A DNA stretch of 64,000 nt from Eledone cirrhosa (lineage: Eukaryota), in the NCBI GenBank assembly GCA_964016885.1, contig OZ024741.1, positions 396,428,001-396,492,000 on the forward strand. Reading direction: 5' to 3'. The notes beneath the pieces were generated by a model. It was not told where the DNA came from. It ran no database searches and saw nothing but the letters and a program-made list of their open reading frames with translations. A program made the position numbers and the translations under genes. Position 1 is the first letter of the stretch. Each line of letters starts with the position of its first letter. Positions 28,201 through 42,700 of the stretch are shown here, piece by piece.

Positions 28201-31200
28201 CAAAGTGCATCAATCAGTCACACCACAAGGGTCAAAGTGCATCAATCAGTCACACCACAAGGGTCAAAGTGCATCAATCAGTCACACCACAAGAGTCAAA
28301 GTGCATCAATCAGTCACACCACAAGGGTCAAAGTGCATCAATCAGTCACACCACAAGGGTCAAAGTGCATCAATCAGTCACACCACAAGGGTCAAAGTGC
28401 ATCAAACAGTCACACCACAAGAGTCAAAGTGCATCAATCAGTCACACCACAAGGGTCAAATTCTTTCAATCAGTCACACCACAAGAGTCAAAGTGCATCA
28501 ATCAGTCACACCACAAGGGTCAAAGTGCATCAATCAGTCACACCACAAGGGTAAAAGTGTTTCAATCAGTCACACCACAAGGGTCAAAGTGCATCAATCA
28601 GTCACACCACAAGGGTCAAAGTGTTTCAATCAGTCACACCACAAGGGTCAAAGTGCATCAATCAGTCACACCACAAGAGTCAAAGTGCATCAATCAATCA
28701 CACCACAAGGGTCAAAGTGCATCAATCAGTCACACCACAAGGGTCAAAGTGTTTCAATCAGTCACACAACAAGGGTCAAAGTGCATCAATCAGTCACACC
28801 ACTAGGGTCAAAGTGCATCAATCAGTAACACCACAAGGGTCAAATTCCTTCAATCAGTCACACCACAAGGGTCAAAGTGTTTCAATCAGTCACACCACAA
28901 GGGTCAAAGTGTTTCAATCAGTCACACAACAAGGGTCAAAGTGCATCAATCAGTCACACCACAAGGGTCAAATTCCTTCAATCAGTCACACCACAAGGGT
29001 CAAAGTGCATAAATCAGTCACACCACAAGGGTCAAAGTGCATCAATCAGTCACACCACAAGAGTCAAAGTGCTTCAATCAGTCACACCACAAGGGTCAAA
29101 TTCCTTCAATCAGTCACACCACAAGGTTCAAAGTGCATCAATTAGTCACACCAGAAGGGTCAAAGTGCATCAATCAGTCACATTACAAGGGTCAAAGTGC
29201 ATCAATCAGTCACACCACAAGGGTCAAATTCCTTCAATCAGTCACACCACAAGAGTCAAAGTGCATCAATCAGTCACACCACAAGAGTCAAAGTGCTTCA
29301 ATCAGTCACACCACAAGGGTCAAATTCCTTTAATCAGTCACACCACAAGGTTCAAAGTGCATCAATCAGTCACACCACAAGGGTCAAAGTGCATCAATCA
29401 GTCACACCACAAGGGTCAAAGTGCATCAATCAGTCACACCACAAGAGTCAAAGTGCATCAATCAGTCACACCACAAGGGTCAAAGTGCATCAATCAGTCA
29501 CACCACAAGGGTCAAAGTGCATCAATCAGTCACACCACAAGAGTCAAAGTGCATCAATCAGTCACACCACAAGGGTCAAAGTGCATCAATCAGTCACACC
29601 ACAAGGGTCAAAGTGCATCAATCAGTCACACCACAAGGGTCAAAGTGCATCAATCAGTCACACCACAAGAGTCAAAGTGCATCAATCAGTCACACCACAA
29701 GGGTCAAATTCCTTCAATCAGTCACACCACAAGAGTCAAAGTGCATCAATCAGTCACACCACAAGGGTCAAAGTGCATCAATCAGTTACACCACAAGGGT
29801 CAAAGTGTATCAATCAGTCACACCACAAGGGTCAAATTCCTTCAATCAGTCACACCACAAGGGTCAAAGTGCATCAATCAGTCACACCACAAGAGTCAAA
29901 GTGCATCAATCAGTCACACCACAAGGGTCAAAGTGCATCAATCAGACACACCACAAGGGTCAAAGTGCATCAATCAGTCACACCACAAGGGTCAAAGTGC
30001 ATCAATCAGTCACACCACAAGAGTCAAAGTGTATCAATCGGTAACACCACAAGGGTCAAAGTGCATCAATCAGTCACACCACAAGGGTCAAAGTGCATCA
30101 ATCAGTCACACCCCAAGGGTCAAAGTGCATCAATCAGTCACACCACTAGGGTCAAAGTGCATCAATCAGTCACACCACAAGGGTCAAATTCCTTCAATCA
30201 GTCACACCACAAGGGTCAAAGTGTTTCAATCAGTCACACCACAAGGGTCAAAGTGTTTCAATCAGTCACACAACAAGGGTCAAAGTGCATCAATCAGTCA
30301 CACCACAAGGGTCAAATTCCTTCAATCAGTCACACCACAAGGGTCAAAGTGCATCAATCAGTCACACCACAAGGGTCAAATTCCTTCAATCAGTCACACC
30401 ACAAGGGTCAAAGTGCATCAATCAGTCACACCACAAGAGTCAAAGTGCTTCAATCAGTCACACCACAAGGGTCAAATTCCTTCAATCAGTCACACCACAA
30501 GGGTCAAAGTGCATCAATCAGTCACACCACAAGAGTCAAAGTGCATCAATCAGTCACACCACAAGGGTCAAAGTGCATCAATCAGCCACACCACAAGGGT
30601 CAAAGTGCATCAATCAGTCACACCACAAGAGTCAAAGTGCATCAATCAGACACACCACAAGAGTCAAAGTGCATCAATCAGTGACACCACAAGGGTCAAA
30701 GTGCTTCAATCAGTCACACCACAAGAGTCAAAGTGTTTCAATCAGTCACACCACAAGAGTCAAAGTGCATCAATCAGTCACACCACAAGGGTCAAATTCC
30801 TTCAATCAGTCACACCACAAGGGTCAAAGTGCATCAATCAGTCACACCACAAGGGTCAAAGTGCATCAATCAGTCACACCACAAGAGTCAAAGTGCTTCA
30901 ATCAGTCACACCACAAGGGTCAAATTCCTTCAATCAGTCACACCACAAGGGTCAAAGTGCATCAATCACTCACACCAGAAGGGTCAAAGTGCATCAATCA
31001 GTCACACCACAAGGGTCAAAGTGCATCAATCAGTCACACCACAAGGGTCAAATTCCTTCAATCAGTCACACCACAAGAGTCAAAGTGCATCAATCAGTCA
31101 CACCACAAGAGTCAAAGTGCTTCAATCAGTCACACCACAAGGGTCAAATTCCTTCAATCAGTCACACCACAAGGGTCAAAGTGCATCAATCAGTCACACC

Positions 31201-31790
31201 ACAAGGGTCAAAGTGCATCAATCAGTCACACCACAAGGGTCAAAGTGCATCAATCAGTCACACCACAAGAGTCAAAGTGCATCAATCAGTCACACCACAA
31301 GGGTCAAAGTGCATCAATCAGTCACACCACAAGGGTCAAAGTGCATCAATCAGTCACACCACAAGAGTCAAAGTGCATCAATCAGTCACACCACAAGGGT
31401 CAAAGTGCATCAATCAGTCACACCACAAGGGTCAAAGTGCATCAATCAGTCACACCACAAGGGTCAAAGTGCATCAATCAGTCACACCACAAGAGTCAAA
31501 GTGCATCAATCAGTCACACCACAAGGGTCAAATTCCTTCAATCAGTCACACCACAAGAGTCAAAGTGCATCAATCAGTCACACCACAAGGGTCAAAGTGC
31601 ATCAATCAGTTACACCACAAGGGTCAAAGTGCATCAATCAGTCACACCACACGAGTCAAAGTGCATCAATCAGTCACACCACAAGGGTCAAAGTGCATCA
31701 ATCAGTCACACCACAAGGGTCAAAGTGCATCACAGTCACACCACAAGTGTCAAAGTGCATCAATCAGTCACAGCACAAGGGTCAAAGAGC
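27360..31790 (+). repeat. Non-adjacent copy of the ~17.0-21.4 kb segment (offset about 10.36-10.39 kb)
   Basis: ORF boundaries repeat at +10362 (18259/28621, 18443/28805, 18783/29145, 18971/29333), +10394 (19650/30044, 19891/30285, 20339/30733) and +10393 (17268/27661). Shares AATCGGTAAC, CACACCCC and TTCCTTTAATC variants. Confidence 0.85.
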
Positions 31791-33749
31791 ATCAATCAGT
31801 CACACAACAAGAGTCAAAGTGCATCAATCAGCCACACTACAAGGTTAAAGTGCATCAATCAGTCACACCACAAGGGTTAAAGTGCATCAATCAGTCAGAC
31901 CACAAGGGTCAAAGTGGATCAATCAGTCACACCACAAGGGTCAAAGTGCATCAATCAATCACACCACGAGGGTCAAAGTGCATCAATCAGTCACACCACA
32001 AGAGTCAAGGGGCACCAATCAGTCACACCACAAGGGTCAAATTCCTTCAATCAGTCACACCACAAGGGTCAAAGTGCATCAATCAGTCACACCTCAAGAG
32101 TCAAAGTGCATCAATCAGTCACACCACAAGGGTCAAAGTGCATCAATCAGTCACACCACGAGGGTCAAAGTGCATCAATCAGTCACACGACAAGGGTCAA
32201 AGTGCATCAATCAGTCACACCACAAGGGTCAAAGTGCATCAATCAGTCACACCACAAGGGTCAAAGTGCATCAATCAGTCACACCACAAGGGTCAAAGTG
32301 CATCAATCAGTCACACCACAAGAGTCAAAGTGCATCAATCAGTCACACCACAAGGGTCAAATTCCTTCAATCAGTCACACCACAAGAGTCAAAGTGCATC
32401 AATCAGTCACACCACAAGGGTCAAAGTGCATCAATCAGTCACACCACAAGGGTCAAAGTGCATCAATCATTCACACCACAAGGGTCAAAGTGCATCAATC
32501 AGTCACACCACAAGGGTCAAAGTGTATCAATCAGTCACACCACAAGAGTCAAAGTACATCAATCAGTCACACCACAAGGGTCAAATTCCTTCAATCAGTC
32601 ACACCACAAGGGTCAAAGTGCATCAATCAGTCACACCACAAGAGTCAAAGTGCATCAATCAGTCACACCACAAGGGTCAAAGTGCATCAATCAGTCACAC
32701 CACGAGGGTCAAAGTGCATCAATCAGTCACACGACAAGGGTCAAAGTGCATCAATCAGTCACACCACAAGGGTCAAAGTGCATCAATCAGTCACACCACA
32801 AGGGTCAAAGTGCATCAATCAGTCACACCACAAGGGTCAAAGTGCATCAATCAGTCACACCACAAGAGTCAAAGTGCATCAATCAGTCACACCACAAGGG
32901 TCAAATTCCTTCAATCAGTCACACCACAAGGGTCAAAGTGCATCAATCAGTCACACCACAAGAGTCAAAGTGCATCAATCAGTCACACCACAAGGGTCAA
33001 AGTGCATCAATCAGCCACACCACAAGGGTCAAAGTGCATCAATCAGTCACACCACAAGTGTCAAAGTGCATCAATCAGTCACACCACAAGAGTCAAAGTG
33101 CATCAATGAGTCACACCACAAGGGTCAAAGTGCATCAATCAGTCACACCACAAGGGTCAAAGTGCATCAATCATTCACACCACAAGGGTCAAAGTGCATC
33201 AATCAGTCACACCACAAGGGTCAAAGTGCATCAAATCAATCAGTCACACCACAAGAGTCAAAGTGCATCAATCAGTCACACCACAAGGGTCAAATTCCTT
33301 CAATCAGTCACACCACAAGGGTCAAAGTGCATCAATCAGTCACACCACACGAGTCAAAGTGCATCAATCAGTCACACCACAAGGGTCAAAGTGCATCAAT
33401 CAGTCACACCACAAGGGTCAAAGTGCATCACAGTCACACCACAAGTGTCAAAGTGCATCAATCAGTCACACCACAAGGGTCAAAGTGCATCAATCAGTCA
33501 CACCACAAGAGTCAAAGTGCATCAATCAGCCACACCACAAGGGTCAAAGTGCATCAATCAGTCACACCACAAGGGTCAAAGTGCATCAATCAGTCAGACC
33601 ACAAGGGTCAAAGTGGATCAATCAGTCACACCACAAGGTTCAAAGTGCATCAATCAGTCACACCACAAGGGTCAAAGTGCATCAATCAGTCACACCACAA
33701 GAGTCAAAGTGCATCAATCAGTCACACCACAAGAGTCAAGGGGCACCAA

Positions 33750-36700
33750 TCAGTCACACCACAAGGGTCAAATTCCTTCAATCAGTCACACCACAAGGCT
33801 CAAAGGGCATCAATCAGTCACACCTCAAGACTCAAAGTGCATCAATCAGTCACACCACAAGGGTCAAAGTGCATCAATCAGTGACACCACGAGAGTCAAA
33901 GTGCATCAATCAGTCACACGACAAGGGTCAAAGTGCATCAATCAGTCACACCACAAGGGTCAAAGTGCATCAATCAGTAACACCACAAGAGTCAAACAGC
34001 ATCAATCAGTCACACCACAAGGGTCAACGTGCATCAATCAGTCACACCACAAGGGTCAAAGTGCATCAATTAGTCACACCACAAGGGTGAAAGTGCATCA
34101 ATCAGTCACACCACAAGGGTCAAAGTGCATCAATCAGCCACACCACAAGGGTCAAAGTGCATCTATCAGTCACACCACAAGAGTCAAAGTGCATCAATCA
34201 GCCACACCACAAGAGTCAAAGTGCATCAATCAGTTACACCACAAGAGTCAAAGTGCACCTATCAGTCACACCACAAGAGTCAAAGTGCATCAATCAGTCC
34301 CACCACAAGAGTCAAAGTGCATCAATCAGTTACACCACAAGAGTCAAAGTGCATCAATCAGTCACACCACAAGGGTCAAAGTGCATCAATCAGCCACACC
34401 ACAAGGGTCAAAGTGCATCAATCAGTCACACCACAAGAGTCAAAGTGCATCAATCAGTCACACCACAAGGGTCAAAGTGCATCAATCAGTTACACCACAA
34501 GAGTCAATGTGCATCTATCAGTTACACCACAAGAGTCAAAGTGCATCAATCAGACACACCACAAGGGTCAAAGTGCATCAATCAGTTACACCACAAGAGT
34601 CAAAGTGCATCAATGAGTTACACCACAAGAGTCAAAGTGCATCAATCAGTCACACCACAAGGGTCAAAGTGCATCAATCAGTCACACCACAAGGGTCAAA
34701 GTGCATAAATCAGTCAGACCACAAGGGTCAAAGTGCATCAATCAGTCACACCACAAGTGTCAAAGTGCATCAATCAGTCACACCACAAGAGTCAAAGTGC
34801 ATCAATCAGTCACACCACAAGGGTCAAATTCCTTCAATCAGTCACACCACAAGGGTCAAAGTGCATCAATCAGTCACACCACAAGGGTCAAAGTGCATCA
34901 ATCAGTCACACCACAAGAGTCAAAGTGCTTCAATCAGTCACACCACAAGGGTCAAATTCCTTCAATCAGTCACACCACAAGGGTCAAAGTGCATCAATCA
35001 GTCACACCAGAAGGGTCAAAGTGCATCAATCAGTCACACCACAAGGGTCAAAGTGCATCAATCAGTCACACCACAAGGGTCAAAGTGCATCAATCAGTCA
35101 CACCACAAGAGTCAAAGTGCATCAATCAGTCACACCACAAGAGTCAAAGTGCTTCAATCAGTCACACCACAAGGGTCAATTTCCTTCAATCAGTCACACC
35201 ACAAGGGTCAAAGTGCATCAATCAGTCACACCACAAGGGTCAAAGTGCATCAATCAGTCACACCACAAGGGTCAAAGTGCATCAATCAGTCACACCACAA
35301 GAGTCAAAGTGCATCAATCAGTCACACCACAAGGGTCAAAGTGCATCAATCAGTCACACCACAAGGGTCAAAGTGCATCAATCAGTCACACCACAAGAGT
35401 CAAAGTGCATCAATCAGTCACACCACAAGGGTCAAAGTGCATCAATCAGTCACACCACAAGGGTCAAAGTGCATCAATCAGTCACACCACAAGGGTCAAA
35501 GTGCATCAATCAGTCACACCACAAGAGTCAAAGTGCATCAATCAGTCACACCACAAGGGTCAAATTCCTTCAATCAGTCACACCACAAGAGTCAAAGTGC
35601 ATCAATCAGTCACACCACAAGGGTCAAAGTGCATCAATCAGTTACACCACAAGGGTCAAAGTGCATCAATCAGTCACACCACACGAGTCAAAGTGCATCA
35701 ATCAGTCACACCACAAGGGTCAAAGTGCATCAATCAGTCACACCACAAGGGTCAAAGTGCATCACAGTCACACCACAAGTGTCAAAGTGCATCAATCAGT
35801 CACACCACAAGGGTCAAAGAGCATCAATCAGTCACACAACAAGAGTCAAAGTGCATCAATCAGCCACACCACAAGGTTAAAGTGCATCAATCAGTCACAC
35901 CACAAGGGTCAAAGTGCATCAATCAGTCAGACCACAAGGGTCAAAGTGGATCAATCAGTCACACCACAAGGGTCAAAGTGCATCAATCAATCACACCACA
36001 AGGGTCAAAGTGCATCAATCAGTCACACCACAAGAGTCAAGGGGCACCAATCAGTCACACCACAAGGGTCAAATTCCTTCAATCAGTCACACCACAAGGG
36101 TCAAAGTGCATCAATCAGTCACACCTCAAGAGTCAAAGTGCATCAATCAGTCACACCACAAGGGTCAAAGTGCATCAATCAGTCACACCACGAGGGTCAA
36201 AGTGCATCAATCAGTCACACGACAAGGGTCAAAGTGCATCAATCAGTCACACCACAAGGGTCAAAGTGCATCAATCAGTCACACCACAAGGGTCAAAGTG
36301 CATCAATCAGTCACACCACAAGAGTCAAAGTGCATCAATCAGTCACACCACAAGGGTCAAATTCCTTCAATCAGTCACACCACAAGAGTCAAAGTGCATC
36401 AATCAGTCACACCACAAGGGTCAAAGTGCATCAATCAGTTACACCACAAGGGTCAAAGTGCATCAATCAGTCACACCACACGAGTCAAAGTGCATCAATC
36501 AGTCACACCACAAGGGTCAAAGTGCATCAATCAGTCACACCACAAGGGTCAAAGTGCATCACAGTCACACCACAAGTGTCAAAGTGCATCAATCAGTCAC
36601 ACCACAAGGGTCAAAGAGCATCAATCAGTCACACAACAAGAGTCAAAGTGCATCAATCAGCCACACCACAAGGTTAAAGTGCATCAATCAGTCACACCAC

Positions 36701-39700
36701 AAGGGTCAAAGTGCATCAATCAGTCAGACCACAAGGGTCAAAGTGGATCAATCAGTCACACCACAAGGGTCAAAGTGCATCAATCAATCACACCACAAGG
36801 GTCAAAGTGCATCAATCAGTCACACCACAAGAGTCAAGGGGCACCAATCAGTCACACCACAAGGGTCAAATTCCTTCAATCAGTCACACCACAAGGGTCA
36901 AAGTGCATCAATCAGTCACACCTCAAGAGTCAAAGTGCATCAATCAGTCACACCACAAGGGTCAAAGTGCATCAATCAGTCACACCACGAGGGTCAAAGT
37001 GCATCAATCAGTCACACGACAAGGGTCAAAGTGCATCAATCAGTCACACCACAAGGGTCAAAGTGCATCAATCAGTCACACCACAAGGGTCAAAGTGCAT
37101 CAATCAGTCACACCACAAGGGTCAAAGTGCATCAATCAGTCACACCACAAGAGTCAAAGTGCATCAATCAGTCACACCACAAGGGTCAAATTCCTTCAAT
37201 CAGTCACACCACAAGAGTCAAAGTGCATCAATCAGTCACACCACAAGGGTCAAAGTGCATCAATCAGTCACACCACAAGAGTCAAATTCCTTCAATCAGT
37301 CACACCACAAGGGTCAAATTCCTTCAATCAGTCACACCACAAGGGTCAAAGTGCATCACAGTCACACCACAAGTGTCAAAGTGCATCAATCAGTCACACC
37401 ACAAGGGTCAAAGAGCATCAATCAGTCACACAACAAGAGTCAAAGTGCATCAATCAGCCACACCACAAGGTTAAAGTGCATCAATCAGTCACACCACAAG
37501 GGTCAAAGTGCATCAATCAGTCAGACCACAAGGGTCAAAGTGGATCAATCAGTCACACCACAAGAGTCAAATTCCTTCAATCAGTCACACCACAAGGGTC
37601 AAATTCCTTCAATCAGTCACACCACAAGGGTCAAAGTGCATCAATCAGTCACACCACAAGGGTCAAAGTGCATCAATCAGTCACACCACAAGGGTCAAAG
37701 TGCATCAATCAGTCACACCACAAGAGTCAAAGTGCATCAATCAGTCACACCACAAGGGTCAAAGTGCATCAATCAGTCACACCACAAGGGTCAAAGTGCA
37801 TCAATCAGTCACACCACAAGAGTCAAAGTGCATCAATCAGTCACACCACAAGGGTCAAAGTGCATCAATCAGTCACACCACAAGGGTCAAAGTGCATCAA
37901 TCAGTCACACCACAAGGGTCAAAGTGCATCAATCAGTCACACCACAAGAGTCAAAGTGCATCAATCAGTCACACCACAAGGGTCAAATTCCTTCAATCAG
38001 TCACACCACAAGAGTCAAAGTGCATCAATCAGTCACACCACAAGCGTCAAAGTGCATCAATCAGTTACACCACAAGGGTCAAAGTGCATCAATCAGTCAC
38101 ACCACACGAGTCAAAGTGCATCAATCAGTCACACCACAAGGGTCAAAGTGCATCAATCAGTCACACCACAAGGGTCAAAGTGCATCACAGTCACACCACA
38201 AGTGTCAAAGTGCATCAATCAGTCACACCACAAGGGTCAAAGAGCATCAATCAGTCACACAACAAGAGTCAAAGTGCATCAATCAGCCACACCACAAGGT
38301 TAAAGTGCATCAATCAGTCACACCACAAGGGTCAAAGTGCATCAATCAGTCAGACCACAAGGGTCAAAGTGGATCAATCAGTCACACCACAAGGGTCAAA
38401 GTGCATCAATCAATCACACCACAAGGGTCAAAGTGCATCAATCAGTCACACCACAAGAGTCAAGGGGCACCAATCAGTCACACCACAAGGGTCAAATTCC
38501 TTCAATCAGTCACACCACAAGGGTCAAAGTGCATCAATCAGTCACACCTCAAGAGTCAAAGTGCATCAATCAGTCACACCACAAGGGTCAAAGTGCATCA
38601 ATCAGTCACACCACGAGGGTCAAAGTGCATCAATCAGTCACACGACAAGGGTCAAAGTGCATCAATCAGTCACACCACAAGGGTCAAAGTGCATCAATCA
38701 GTCACACCACAAGGGTCAAAGTGCATCAATCAGTCACACCACAAGGGTCAAAGTGCATCAATCAGTCACACCACAAGAGTCAAAGTGCATCAATCAGTCA
38801 CACCACAAGGGTCAAATTCCTTCAATCAGTCACACCACAAGAGTCAAAGTGCATCAATCAGTCACACCACAAGGGTCAAAGTGCATCAATCAGTCACACC
38901 ACAAGGGTCAAAGTGCATCAATCATTCACACCACAAGGGTCAAAGTGCATCAATCAGTGACACCACAAGGGTCAAAGTGCATCAATCAGTCACACCACAA
39001 GAGTCAAAGTGCATCAATCAGTCACACCACAAGAGTCAAGGGGCACCAATCAGTCACACCACAAGGGTCAAATTCCTTCAATCAGTCACACCACAAGGGT
39101 CAAAGTGCATCAATCAGTCACACCTCAAGACTCAAAGTGCATCAATCAGTCACACCACAAGGGTCAAAGTGCATCAATCAGTCACACCACGAGAGTCAAA
39201 GTGCATCAATCAGTCACACGACAAGGGTCAAAGTGCATCAATCAGTCACACCACAAGGGTCAAAGTGCATCAATCAGTAACACCACAAGAGTCAAACAGC
39301 ATCAATCAGTCACACCACAAGGGTCAACGTGCATCAATCAGTCACACCACAAGGGTCAAAGTGCATCAATCAGTCACACCACAAGGGTCAAAGTGCATCA
39401 ATCAGTCACACCACAAGGGTCAAAGTGCATCAATCAGCCACACCACAAGGGTCAAAGTGCATCTATCAGTCACACCACAAGAGTCAAAGTGCATCAATCA
39501 GCCACACCACAAGAGTCAAAGTGCATCAATCAGTTACACCACAAGAGTCAAAGTGCATCAATCAGTCACACCACAAGGGTGAAAGTGCATCAATCAGCCA
39601 CACCACAAGGGTCAAAGTGCATCAATCAGTCACACCACAAGAGTCAAAGTGCATCAATCAGACACACCACAAGAGTCAAAGTGCATCAATCAGTGACACC

Positions 39701-42700
39701 ACAAGGGTCAAAGTGCTTCAATCAGTCACACCACAAGAGTCAAAGTGTTTCAATCAGTCACACCACAAGAGTCAAAGTGCATCAATCAGTCACACCACAA
39801 GGGTCAAATTCCTTCAATCAGTCACACCACAAGGCTCAAAGGGCATCAATCAGTCACACCTCAAGACTCAAAGTGCATCAATCAGTCACACCACAAGGGT
39901 CAAAGTGCATCAATCAGTGACACCACGAGAGTCAAAGTGCATCAATCAGTCACACGACAAGGGTCAAAGTGCATCAATCAGTCACACCACAAGGGTCAAA
40001 GTGCATCAATCAGTAACACCACAAGAGTCAAACAGCATCAATCAGTCACACCACAAGGGTCAACGTGCATCAATCAGTCACACCACAAGGGTCAAAGTGC
40101 ATCAATTAGTCACACCACAAGGGTGAAAGTGCATCAATCAGTCACACCACAAGGGTCAAAGTGCATCAATCAGCCACACCACAAGGGTCAAAGTGCATCT
40201 ATCAGTCACACCACAAGAGTCAAAGTGCATCAATCAGCCACACCACAAGAGTCAAAGTGCATCAATCAGTTACACCACAAGAGTCAAAGTGCACCTATCA
40301 GTCACACCACAAGAGTCAAAGTGCATCAATCAGTCCCACCACAAGAGTCAAAGTGCATCAATCAGTTACACCACAAGAGTCAAAGTGCATCAATCAGTCA
40401 CACCACAAGGGTCAAAGTGCATCAATCAGCCACACCACAAGGGTCAAAGTGCATCAATCAGTCACACCACAAGAGTCAAAGTGCATCAATCAGTCACACC
40501 ACAAGGGTCAAAGTGCATCAATCAGTTACACCACAAGAGTCAATGTGCATCTATCAGTTACACCACAAGAGTCAAAGTGCATCAATCAGACACACCACAA
40601 GGGTCAAAGTGCATCAATCAGTTACACCACAAGAGTCAAAGTGCATCAATGAGTTACACCACAAGAGTCAAAGTGCATCAATCAGTCACACCACAAGGGT
40701 CAAAGTGCATCAATCAGTCACACCACAAGGGTCAAAGTGCATCAATCAGTCAGACCACAAGGGTCAAAGTGCATCAATCAGTCACACCACAAGTGTCAAA
40801 GTGCATCAATCAGTCACACCACAAGAGTCAAAGTGCATCAATCAGTCACACCACAAGGGTCAAATTCCTTCAATCAGTCACACCACAAGGGTCAAAGTGC
40901 ATCAATCAGTCACACCACAAGGGTCAAAGTGCATCAATCAGTCACACCACAAGAGTCAAAGTGCTTCAATCAGTCACACCACAAGGGTCAAATTCCTTCA
41001 ATCAGTCACACCACAAGGGTCAAAGTGCATCAATCAGTCACACCAGAAGGGTCAAAGTGCATCAATCAGTCACACCACAAGGGTCAAAGTGCATCAATCA
41101 GTCACACCACAAGGGTCAAAGTGCATCAATCAGTCACACCACAAGAGTCAAAGTGCATCAATCAGTCACACCACAAGAGTCAAAGTGCTTCAATCAGTCA
41201 CACCACAAGGGTCAATTTCCTTCAATCAGTCACACCACAAGGGTCAAAGTGCATCAATCAGTCACACCACAAGGGTCAAAGTGCATCAATCAGTCACACC
41301 ACAAGGGTCAAAGTGCATCAATCAGTCACACCACAAGAGTCAAAGTGCATCAATCAGTCACACCACAAGGGTCAAAGTGCATCAATCAGTCACACCACAA
41401 GGGTCAAAGTGCATCAATCAGTCACACCACAAGAGTCAAAGTGCATCAATCAGTCACACCACAAGGGTCAAAGTGCATCAATCAGTCACACCACAAGGGT
41501 CAAAGTGCATCAATCAGTCACACCACAAGGGTCAAAGTGCATCAATCAGTCACACCACAAGAGTCAAAGTGCATCAATCAGTCACACCACAAGGGTCAAA
41601 TTCCTTCAATCAGTCACACCACAAGAGTCAAAGTGCATCAATCAGTCACACCACAAGGGTCAAAGTGCATCAATCAGTTACACCACAAGGGTCAAAGTGC
41701 ATCATTCAGTCACACCACACGAGTCAAAGTGCATCAATCAGTCACACCACAAGGGTCAAAGTGCATCAATCAGTCACACCACAAGGGTCAAAGTGCATCA
41801 CAGTCACACCACAAGTGTCAAAGTGCATCAATCAGTCACACCACAAGGGTCAAAGAGCATCAATCAGTCACACAACAAGAGTCAAAGTGCATCAATCAGC
41901 CACACCACAAGGTTAAAGTGCATCAATCAGTCACACCACAAGGGTCAAAGTGCATCAATCAGTCAGACCACAAGGGTCAAAGTGGATCAATCAGTCACAC
42001 CACAAGGGTCAAAGTGCATCAATCAATCACACCACAAGGGTCAAAGTGCATCAATCAGTCACACCACAAGAGTCAAGGGGCACCAATCAGTCACACCACA
42101 AGGGTCAAATTCCTTCAATCAGTCACACCACAAGGGTCAAAGTGCATCAATCAGTCACACCTCAAGAGTCAAAGTGCATCAATCAGTCACACCACAAGGG
42201 TCAAAGTGCATCAATCAGTCACACCACGAGGGTCAAAGTGCATCAATCAGTCACACGACAAGGGTCAAAGTGCATCAATCAGTCACACCACAAGGGTCAA
42301 AGTGCATCAATCAGTCACACCACAAGGGTCAAAGTGCATCAATCAGTCACACCACAAGAGTCAAAGTGCATCAATCAGTCACACCACAAGGGTCAAATTC
42401 CTTCAATCAGTCACACCACAAGAGTCAAAGTGCATCAATCAGTCACACCACAAGGGTCAAAGTGCATCAATCAGTTACACCACAAGGGTCAAAGTGCATC
42501 AATCAGTCACACCACACGAGTCAAAGTGCATCAATCAGTCACACCACAAGGGTCAAAGTGCATCAATCAGTCACACCACAAGGGTCAAAGTGCATCACAG
42601 TCACACCACAAGTGTCAAAGTGCATCAATCAGTCACACCACAAGGGTCAAAGAGCATCAATCAGTCACACAACAAGAGTCAAAGTGCATCAATCAGCCAC

